Shown piece by piece: positions 37,672 to 45,282 of a stretch of 45,918 bases of DNA. The stretch's first letter is position 1. Each line of letters begins with the position of its first letter. The position numbers and the translations under genes are program-made. The notes beneath the pieces were generated by a model. That model saw nothing but the letters and a program-made list of their open reading frames with translations, did no database searches and had not been told where the DNA came from. The stretch is from Bacteroidia bacterium (GTDB taxonomy: Bacteria > Bacteroidota > Bacteroidia > NS11-12g > UBA9320). Location of the stretch: the NCBI GenBank assembly GCA_013042025.1, contig JABDQY010000007.1, forward strand, positions 1 to 45,918. The letters are read 5' to 3'.

Positions 37672-38532
37672 ATGAAATACATCTTACTCCTAGCTATTAT
37701 TTTTTTTTCTAGTGTAACGTATGCTCAAGATTTAGATTTATTAGAGGAGGAGGACGAGGAGACTATAGAGTATACCTCAGCAACATTTAAAACTAATCGC
37801 GTAATAAATGGCCATAGTATTGAAACAGTTGCCAAACGTGAATTTGACTTAAAAATTTCTCATCGCTTTGGCTTCCTAAGTACGGGTGCCTACGATTTTT
37901 TTGGCCTTGATCAGGCAACTTTGCGAATTGGTGGCGACTACGGGATTACTGATAACATTAATATTGGTGTTGGAAGAAGCAACGTTGCAAAAACATATGA
38001 TGGTTTTGTTAAATACAAGTTGTTACGTCAAAGTTCTGGTTTAAAGAAAATGCCAATAACAGCAACATGGATAAGCCATATGGGTGTTACTACTTTAAAA
38101 TGGACCAAACCAGATAGAGAGAACAAACCTAGCAGTAGACTTCATTATACACATCAATTGCTATTAGCTAGGAAATTTACCGAAGGTTTGAGCATTCAAC
38201 TAAGTCCAACGGTGGTGCATAAAAACCTGGTTGATTCTAGCTCTTTTAAAAATGACATCCTTTCTGTTGGTATTGGTTTGAGACAAAAATTAACCACCAG
38301 AACTACACTAAATTTAGAGTATTTCTATGTTCTCCCAAACCAAATTTCAAATGAGAATACCAACGCACTTTCAGTTGGCTTTGACATTGAAACTGGCGGT
38401 CATATATTTCAGTTATTCTTTACCAATTCTGCAGCTCCCTTTGAAAAAGGTTTTATTACAGATACTAAAGCCAAATGGACTGAAGGAGATGTTCGGTTTG
38501 GATTTAACATAGCCAGAATCTTTAATTTTTAA
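37672..38532 (+). CDS. DUF5777-like outer-membrane beta-barrel protein
   Basis: 286 aa with signal peptide ending YAQ and an acidic stretch. Motifs ISHRFG...FFGLD, GGHIFQLFFTNS and a C-terminal ...IFNF. Confidence 0.55.
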   Translation: MKYILLLAIIFFSSVTYAQDLDLLEEEDEETIEYTSATFKTNRVINGHSIETVAKREFDLKISHRFGFLSTGAYDFFGLDQATLRIGGDYGITDNINIGVGRSNVAKTYDGFVKYKLLRQSSGLKKMPITATWISHMGVTTLKWTKPDRENKPSSRLHYTHQLLLARKFTEGLSIQLSPTVVHKNLVDSSSFKNDILSVGIGLRQKLTTRTTLNLEYFYVLPNQISNENTNALSVGFDIETGGHIFQLFFTNSAAPFEKGFITDTKAKWTEGDVRFGFNIARIFNF

Positions 38533-38587
38533 GTAACTTTGATAGCACGCCTCACATATTTCACTCATTAAACAGTTAAAATACATA

Positions 38588-41056
38588 TTGGTACTTCTTT
38601 TTGTGTCTCTTTTTTGGAGTGCAAAAGCAACCCACGTTGTAGGAGGAGAAATTATGTACAAGGCAATTAATCCAAGTACAAATCTGTATGAGGTTACACT
38701 AAAACTTTACATTGATTGTGAAAATGGGACTTTTGGAGCGATTCAACTCGATACTACTGCCTTTATTGGAATTTACGATGGAGGCAATTACAGTTTAATA
38801 TCTGACTATGAAATTAAGCGAACAGGCCCAGTTAGGCTTAATAAGGTTAACTACAAATGCGTTAAACCTCCAACTGGAATTTGTGTAGATGAATATATCT
38901 ATTCGTTTAGAACTATAATAGATCCAGGAACAAGTGGTAAAATTATTTCATACCAACGCTGTTGTAGAAATAAAACGATTAATAATTTACTAAATGTTGA
39001 ATCTAGCGGTATTACCATTTGGACATCTATACCGCCTACAGGTACAACAAACAACAGTGCTGTTTTTGAGAATCTCCCTCCAAATTACGTGTGTCTTAAT
39101 GCACCATTTAGTATGGATCATTCTGCTACTGATATTGACGGAGACTCACTAGTTTACTCACTAACTGCACCATATTTGGGTGGTATCCCTTCAGATGCAA
39201 AACCAGAACCATCATTCGCTACACAACCTCCATATAACAATGTAGCATGGCGTTCACCTTATTCCGCAAACTATCAAATGGGTGGGGCACCAGGACTTTA
39301 CATTAATCCAAGCAGTGGAGAAGTTAGCATTACCCCAAATACTGAAGGTCAATTTGTTGTGGGTATAACAGTAAAAGAATATCGGAACGGTCAATTAGTT
39401 GGTGAAACACGACGAGATTATCAAATTAATGTAATTGAATGTGTCTTTGATATAGTTGCTGACTATACCATTGATGGGGGAACTGCGGTAGCAGGTAGAT
39501 ATACTTTCGAATGTAGAGACACTGTTTTCTTTAAAAACAGAAGTTATAGTAAAGAACCAGCCACCTATTTTTGGGATTTTGGAGATCCAACAACTACCGA
39601 TGATACTTCTTCGTTAGAAAATCCTTTTTGGGTATATCCAGGCAATGGAGACTATGATGTTACACTCACGGTTAAATCTTCTATTTGTGAAGATGACTAT
39701 CAATATGGTGTTAGAATTCGTTCCAGTAAGCCTTTTGAGTTGGGCCCTGATCTAGTTTTTTGTGATGAATTCACACAACGCCTGAGTACAGAAGCACCAG
39801 ATGCTATAACAACTCTATGGAATACTGGAGAGACTAGTTTTACTATAAATGCCAAAGACACCGGAACTTATTCCGTTACCATATCTTATGGTAATTGTTC
39901 CTATGCAGACACGGTGCATCTAGCGTACAACTTTTTACCTCCATTCGAAATACCAAAAGACAGCCTTTTCTGTGAAGTAGTAGATATGATTATAGATGTT
40001 GGTGTTTCAGGACTTAATTATCAATGGAGTACATCCTTAGCAGATACCAACCAAAGTGTAAGAGTAACTGAAGCAGGCACTTACACCGTTTATGTAGATA
40101 ATGGTGATTGTTATGAGCAACAAAGTATTCGACTTTGGCAAGCATCATCACCATTAGTTGAAGACACATTTTATTGTGGTGAATTTGATCATCCAGTTAG
40201 TGTTGGTTCTTTTGAGGAAGGGGAATATTTATGGTCTAACAATTCAACAAACCAAGCCACTTCATATACAACGGGAGGTAATCATTGGGTTCAGGTTAAA
40301 CAAAGGCATTGTATAAGCATAGATTCATTCTTTATTCTGAATCCTGTTATTAATCTAGAACTAGGCCCTGACGAGCATTTCTGTGACTTTGTAAACAAGG
40401 AGTTAGATGCAGGTGAAGATGGGGTTACTTTTGATTGGAGTTCTGATCAGTCTGATAGGGTTATTACTGCCATTGCTCCGGGAATCTATTCTGTAGTTGT
40501 AACAGACCAATACGGCTGCACAGCTGAAGATACCATAACCCTTACAATGAGTAATTCTCCAACTTTTGAATTGGGGGATGATACAACAATATGTCTACGA
40601 TCTCCAACTACTTTAGAAGCACCTGAAGGCTACACTGCTTACGAATGGAATACTGGACAATTAGAAAGAGCAATTATAGTAGAACAACAAGGGGAATACA
40701 TAGCAACCATTACTGACGGATTCGGCTGCACTGGCACGGACACGTTGTTTGTAACAGTGGATCCCGATGCCTTACCAAATGATCTATATATCGCAAATGC
40801 ATTTTCACCAAATGCAGATAACTTGAATGACTTATTTCCTTTTCAAGAAGTCATTACACAACCAGGATACTATGTAGCTATATTTTCTAGATGGGGTGAA
40901 AAGGTATTTGACTCCAGAACATCTGATTCTCAAAATTGGGATGGTTTTTATAAAGGTGAAAAAGTTCCTAATCAAACCTTTATATATTACATCTATTTTA
41001 GAGGGTGTGATGGAAACGCACGAACTAAAAAGGGTACAGTTAACCCATTGTATTAA
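38588..41056 (+). CDS. large surface protein with PKD domain, five Cys-pair repeats and T9SS type-B (gliding-motility) C-terminal domain
   Basis: 822 aa with TTG start and a short signal peptide ending AKA. Contains N-terminal THVVGGEIMYK, a PKD-like FWDFGD...GDYDVTLTV segment, tandem repeats, and the C-terminus NAFSPNADNLNDLFPF...WDGFYKGEKVP...FIYYIYF...GTVNPLY. Confidence 0.75.
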   Translation: MVLLFVSLFWSAKATHVVGGEIMYKAINPSTNLYEVTLKLYIDCENGTFGAIQLDTTAFIGIYDGGNYSLISDYEIKRTGPVRLNKVNYKCVKPPTGICVDEYIYSFRTIIDPGTSGKIISYQRCCRNKTINNLLNVESSGITIWTSIPPTGTTNNSAVFENLPPNYVCLNAPFSMDHSATDIDGDSLVYSLTAPYLGGIPSDAKPEPSFATQPPYNNVAWRSPYSANYQMGGAPGLYINPSSGEVSITPNTEGQFVVGITVKEYRNGQLVGETRRDYQINVIECVFDIVADYTIDGGTAVAGRYTFECRDTVFFKNRSYSKEPATYFWDFGDPTTTDDTSSLENPFWVYPGNGDYDVTLTVKSSICEDDYQYGVRIRSSKPFELGPDLVFCDEFTQRLSTEAPDAITTLWNTGETSFTINAKDTGTYSVTISYGNCSYADTVHLAYNFLPPFEIPKDSLFCEVVDMIIDVGVSGLNYQWSTSLADTNQSVRVTEAGTYTVYVDNGDCYEQQSIRLWQASSPLVEDTFYCGEFDHPVSVGSFEEGEYLWSNNSTNQATSYTTGGNHWVQVKQRHCISIDSFFILNPVINLELGPDEHFCDFVNKELDAGEDGVTFDWSSDQSDRVITAIAPGIYSVVVTDQYGCTAEDTITLTMSNSPTFELGDDTTICLRSPTTLEAPEGYTAYEWNTGQLERAIIVEQQGEYIATITDGFGCTGTDTLFVTVDPDALPNDLYIANAFSPNADNLNDLFPFQEVITQPGYYVAIFSRWGEKVFDSRTSDSQNWDGFYKGEKVPNQTFIYYIYFRGCDGNARTKKGTVNPLY
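39734..40759 (+). repeat. five tandem ~68-aa protein-level repeats inside the 822-aa gene
   Basis: Each unit reads F/L-E-L-G-(P)D...(F)C......(Y/L)(Q/E/L)W(N/S)(T/S)...G.Y.V.(V/I)....(G)C...D(T/S)(I/L). Examples are FELGPDLVFCDEF..LWNTGE..GTYSVTISYGNCSYADTV and LELGPDEHFCDFV..FDWSSDQ..GIYSVVVTDQYGCTAEDTI. Confidence 0.6.
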
Positions 41057-41480
41057 GAAGCTTTTTCAAAGCCATCTTATCCATGTCAAATGTAAATTGA
41101 TCAATTACCAAAGAATCTAACACCTTCCAGCTAAACTGATGCTTATTGTTATTGCCCATTTTTGTTGAATGCACTGATTTATAATTTTCAATTGCATCGT
41201 TGCTTGCAACTTTATAATGCATTGCAACAACTTGTTCATTTTTACGAAATGTGCTTTGGATAAACTGATCTGTAGTATGGATCAATTCTAATACTTCAAT
41301 TTCAACATCTAGTTCCTCTTTAAATTCTCTTTTCAAGCAATCTCTTGAACCTTCACCAAACTCCAATCCGCCTCCAGGAAGCTTCGTCATTTGAAATCCA
41401 TCTATATTTTCATTACTAATTAAGATTTTATTGTTTTTAATCCAAATACCATACACTCTAATGTTAAATTTGTCAATCAT
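41040..41480 (-). CDS. NUDIX hydrolase
   Basis: 146 aa. Nudix box GGGLEFGEGSRDCLKREFKEELD. The 3' end overlaps the convergent 822-aa gene by 17 nt. Confidence 0.8.
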   Translation of the reverse strand: MIDKFNIRVYGIWIKNNKILISNENIDGFQMTKLPGGGLEFGEGSRDCLKREFKEELDVEIEVLELIHTTDQFIQSTFRKNEQVVAMHYKVASNDAIENYKSVHSTKMGNNNKHQFSWKVLDSLVIDQFTFDMDKMALKKLLNTMG

Positions 41481-41489
41481 TTATCACCT

Positions 41490-42830
41490 ATGGCTTCAAT
41501 TTTAATCAAAAACGGACTTTTAATAAACGAAAACGAACAATTTCATGCAGATATTTTTGTTCAAGATGGACATATTGCAGAAATCTCAAAGCAAGGAATA
41601 ACCCGAGATGCGGATCAAGTAATCGACGCATCTGGCAAATGGATAATGCCTGGTGTAATTGATGATCAAGTGCATTTTCGTGAACCAGGTTTAACGCATA
41701 AAGCGGAGATTTATACAGAAGCAAAAGCAGCAGTTGCCGGCGGAACCACAACTTACATGGAAATGCCTAATACAATTCCTCAAAGCACAACTCAAGAAGA
41801 ATTAGCTAAAAAATATACCAGAGCAAATAAAGTTTCACTAGCAAACTATTCATTCTTTATGGGAGGGACGAATGAAAATATTGAAGAAGTGCTAAAAACA
41901 AATTCAAGAGATGTATGTGGAATAAAGCTGTTTATGGGAAGTAGCACAGGTGATATGTTAGTTGATAACGAGCAGACATTAAGAGGTATATTTTCTCAAA
42001 CTCCTATGTTAATAGCTACGCATTGTGAAGATGAAGAAACTATCCGAGCAAATACAAAGAAATTCATCGATAAATATGGAGAGGATATTCCTTTTTCAGC
42101 TCACCCCATTATTCGTGATACAGAAGCATGTTATAAATCGAGTAAGCTTGCGACAGATTTAGCTAAAGAATACAATTCTAGATTGCATATCCTACACATT
42201 TCAACTGCAAAAGAAGTTGAACTTTTTGATAATAAAACATCGTTAAAAGACAAACGGATTACTGCAGAAGTTTGTGTACACCATTTGAGTTTAAACGACA
42301 CTTTTTATGATAAAAAAGGGAGTCTTATTAAATGTAATCCTGCAATCAAATCAGAGGTAGATCAAAAAGCCTTGTGGTACGCTTTAAACAATGATTACTT
42401 TGATATTATAGCTACAGACCATGCCCCTCATACTTGGGAGGAGAAGCAAAATAAATACCTTAAAGCACCAAGCGGATTACCCTTAGTACAACACAGTCTT
42501 CAACTCATGATTGAGCATAGCAAAATGGGGAAAATTACGATGAACAAGGTTGTAGAAAAAATGTGTCATGCTCCTGCAATTTGCTTCAATATTGAAAAAA
42601 GAGGATATTTAAGAGAAGGATACTGGGCCGATATTGTTGTTGTAAATCCAGAAAATGAGGAAGAAGTTTCCAAGTCAAACATCCTTTACAAATGTGGATG
42701 GAGTCCATTAGAAGGAGAAATTTTTACATCTACTATTGAACAAACTATTGTTTCTGGACACATTGCATACAGCAAAGGCCAATTCAATGAAGAGAAAAAA
42801 GGAGAACGTATTTTATTTAACATTGGATAA
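41490..42830 (+). CDS. pyrC: dihydroorotase (amidohydrolase superfamily, long allantoinase-like type)
   Basis: 446 aa. Motifs VIDDQVHFREPG, GIKLFMGSSTG, ATHCEDE, LHILHIST and IIATDHAPH. Confidence 0.85.
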   Translation: MASILIKNGLLINENEQFHADIFVQDGHIAEISKQGITRDADQVIDASGKWIMPGVIDDQVHFREPGLTHKAEIYTEAKAAVAGGTTTYMEMPNTIPQSTTQEELAKKYTRANKVSLANYSFFMGGTNENIEEVLKTNSRDVCGIKLFMGSSTGDMLVDNEQTLRGIFSQTPMLIATHCEDEETIRANTKKFIDKYGEDIPFSAHPIIRDTEACYKSSKLATDLAKEYNSRLHILHISTAKEVELFDNKTSLKDKRITAEVCVHHLSLNDTFYDKKGSLIKCNPAIKSEVDQKALWYALNNDYFDIIATDHAPHTWEEKQNKYLKAPSGLPLVQHSLQLMIEHSKMGKITMNKVVEKMCHAPAICFNIEKRGYLREGYWADIVVVNPENEEEVSKSNILYKCGWSPLEGEIFTSTIEQTIVSGHIAYSKGQFNEEKKGERILFNIG

Positions 42831-42893
42831 TTTTTTCGCTCCAAATTTTGACTTAATCCTCTCGCTTTTAATACAAAAAACTACATTCGCCGC

Positions 42894-43355
42894 ATGCAAC
42901 TAGCTGAAGCTATATCCTTATTTGAATTAACGGTGTCAAAACACCTTCAATTAAAACCGGAACAAACGCGTTGTGAAAATGAAGGAGAATACATAATTAA
43001 TAGAGATAAAACTGAACTTTATGTAGATTTATGGCAACCGAAAGAACCAACTCAGTGGCAATATTTTGACCGTGAGAAAGTAGCTGGAGTATTTCAGATT
43101 GTTGCTCCAGTCTGTTTCTATCCACAGCCAGAACATCTACCTATGTTTTTAGAAGAACTTGCTCACTTAAACTTCCATTTGTTTTTTGGTAGTTTCATAG
43201 CAAATTCTCAAGAGAAAGTAATAAGCATTCAATACAAAAGGGTGCTAGATGGATTAAACGATACTGAGATTATTGAGCCATTAGAAGCTATCGGATATTA
43301 TGCGGAGAATCTCAAAGAATACCTTGCTGAAAAGTACCACGTAAAAAAAATCTAA
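42894..43355 (+). CDS. hypothetical cytoplasmic protein (possibly YbjN/T3SS-chaperone-like fold)
   Basis: 153 aa with no signal peptide. The assignment rests only on size and an ...ELAHLNFHLFFGSF... pattern reminiscent of YbjN-domain proteins. Confidence 0.3.
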   Translation: MQLAEAISLFELTVSKHLQLKPEQTRCENEGEYIINRDKTELYVDLWQPKEPTQWQYFDREKVAGVFQIVAPVCFYPQPEHLPMFLEELAHLNFHLFFGSFIANSQEKVISIQYKRVLDGLNDTEIIEPLEAIGYYAENLKEYLAEKYHVKKI

Positions 43356-43406
43356 GATTTAGGCAACTATTCCTGAATTAATAACATCTACCTAATAACT
43401 CTCGCA

Positions 43407-43949
43407 ATGAGCACTAGTGAAAATAAAGATGAAATATCATTAATTGAAGCTTGCCAAAAGGGAGATAATAAAGCATTAAAGAAGTTATACGATATACATT
43501 CAGGAACTATGTACGCCATTTGTTTACGATATATGAATAATGAAGACGAAGCCAAAGATGCATTGCAAGAAGGCTTTATCAAGGTATTCAAGAATATTGA
43601 TAAATTTAGGTTTTCTGGAAGTTTTGAAGGTTGGCTAAAACGCATATTTGTTAATTCGAGCATAGAATTGATCCGCAAAAGAAAAATGCATTTAGATGTT
43701 AATGAAATGAGGGGTGATATGCAATTAACCGATTCTATTGAAGTTGGTTCTATTGATGCAGAAAAAATGATGCAATTGGTTCAAAAATTACCTGAAGGAT
43801 ATCGAACAGTTTTTAACATGTTTGTAATAGATGGATTTAGCCATAAAGAAATAAGTACTGAATTAGAAATATCTGAAAGCACTTCAAAATCACAATTGTT
43901 CAAAGCAAGAAAACAATTGCAGGTTTGGTTAAAAGGATGGTTTGAGTAA
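43407..43949 (+). CDS. ECF-type RNA polymerase sigma-70 factor
   Basis: 180 aa. Region 2 is ...YAICLRYMNNEDEAKDALQEGFIKVFKNIDKF. Region 4 is LPEGYRTVFNMFVIDGFSHKEISTELEISESTSKSQLFKARKQL. Confidence 0.85.
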   Translation: MSTSENKDEISLIEACQKGDNKALKKLYDIHSGTMYAICLRYMNNEDEAKDALQEGFIKVFKNIDKFRFSGSFEGWLKRIFVNSSIELIRKRKMHLDVNEMRGDMQLTDSIEVGSIDAEKMMQLVQKLPEGYRTVFNMFVIDGFSHKEISTELEISESTSKSQLFKARKQLQVWLKGWFE

Positions 43950-45211
43950 TGAAAAAATTTAAAGACATCGAAGAATTTGAAAATTTGTTGAAAGACAATT
44001 TAGGGAAACATAGCGTTCCTGCTCCACCAGATGTTTGGTCTGGAGTGTCTTCTTCATTTGCTGGAAATTCCGGCAGTCTCTTTTCTCAACTCACTTCATA
44101 TTTTTCTTCAGTATCTAACATTGTGAAGGTTGCATTTTTTGTTGGAGGTATTTCAGCTGCAGGAATTGTTTTGTATAACGAAAACACGAAAGATCTTTCA
44201 AACAATTCGAATGCAGATTTAAATACTGAAGCAGTTGATGCAACAAATAATACTTCTTCTAGTAAAGACATTAAAACAACAAATGGAACGCAATCAGAAA
44301 ACAAATCTGATTTAAATGAAAATGTACCTAGCACTGATAACTCTTCAGTCAATACCAATAATAATCCATCTGGCAATCAAAGTAATACTAACCTAGATAA
44401 TAATTACATTACTGTTGTTGACGAACAATCAAACGGTGACGAGACCCCTGCATCTGAGTCCAATCAAAACCATAATGTCTTTGAAAAGTCTCAAATTGTT
44501 CTTTCTAACAACAAACCATGTATTGGTGAAAAAATAACACTAAGCAATACGCTTAATCAATTAGGTGATTGGTACATAAATGGTAAAAAAGTTAGTTCAA
44601 ACAAAAAGTTCATTAGTTATGTTTGGTCAGAAGAGAGAGATGCACTAATTGAATTAAAATACGATAGTATAACAATTAACAAAACTGTTGCCACAGTTTC
44701 TACCCATACTAGAATTGTTTCTAACAATCCAACTTCAGATAGCTATCAATTTACGCTAGATAATAGTGACGTTATTGCCAACTGGTATGTTGATGGTAAA
44801 CTGGTTACAACAAATGCAAAACAATTAAGCTATCAATTTAAGCAAGTTGGCATGCACCACGTAAAAGCAGTGCCTATAAACCATTCATGTACTTCACCTG
44901 CGGAAACTCATGTTACTATTCAACCAAAAGGCGAACTAAAAACATATACCATTTTCACCCCAAATGGTGATGGGAAAAACGATACTTATATCGTTGAAAT
45001 TAGCAATTACGAAACGTATTCTATTCAAATATTTAATAGCGAAAATGTTAAAGTTTTTGCATCAAATAATCCAAAAATAAGTTGGAACGGAACAGAATTC
45101 AATACTGGCAGAGAATGTAGTAATGGCGAGTATGTAGCTAAAATAGCATACAAGCTTATAGGGGAAGAGTCCACTATAAAAAACATTAAATTAACCTTAA
45201 TCCGAAATTAG
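43949..45211 (+). CDS. sigma-coupled single-pass membrane protein (putative anti-sigma) with T9SS type-B C-terminal domain
   Basis: 420 aa with a TAATG overlap with the sigma gene. It has 58 hydrophilic N-terminal residues and one TM helix (nt 44123-44176). An N/S/T-rich linker and two internal repeats follow. The C-terminus reads YTIFTPNGDGKNDTYIVE...WNGTEFNTGRECSNGEYVAKIAY...IKLTLIRN. Confidence 0.6.
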   Translation: MKKFKDIEEFENLLKDNLGKHSVPAPPDVWSGVSSSFAGNSGSLFSQLTSYFSSVSNIVKVAFFVGGISAAGIVLYNENTKDLSNNSNADLNTEAVDATNNTSSSKDIKTTNGTQSENKSDLNENVPSTDNSSVNTNNNPSGNQSNTNLDNNYITVVDEQSNGDETPASESNQNHNVFEKSQIVLSNNKPCIGEKITLSNTLNQLGDWYINGKKVSSNKKFISYVWSEERDALIELKYDSITINKTVATVSTHTRIVSNNPTSDSYQFTLDNSDVIANWYVDGKLVTTNAKQLSYQFKQVGMHHVKAVPINHSCTSPAETHVTIQPKGELKTYTIFTPNGDGKNDTYIVEISNYETYSIQIFNSENVKVFASNNPKISWNGTEFNTGRECSNGEYVAKIAYKLIGEESTIKNIKLTLIRN

Positions 45212-45282
45212 ACTTGAATTATACAATGAACCCGAGTAAATTTACAAACTTTTATATTTTGAAAAAAAACAGCAACATACAT

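Noticed and set aside
37741-37770. GAG/GAA-rich runs (e.g. ttagaggaggaggacgaggag at 37741-37765, and the E/D/M-rich stretch at 13240-13330) as possible DNA-level repeats.
   Set aside because: They are short and simply encode acidic peptide stretches inside ORFs. There is no tandem-repeat or CRISPR-like periodicity.
38413-38661. 82-aa minus-strand ORF bridging the DUF5777 / 822-aa gene spacer.
   Set aside because: It overlaps the ends of two well-supported plus-strand genes and has no signal, motif or promoter support.
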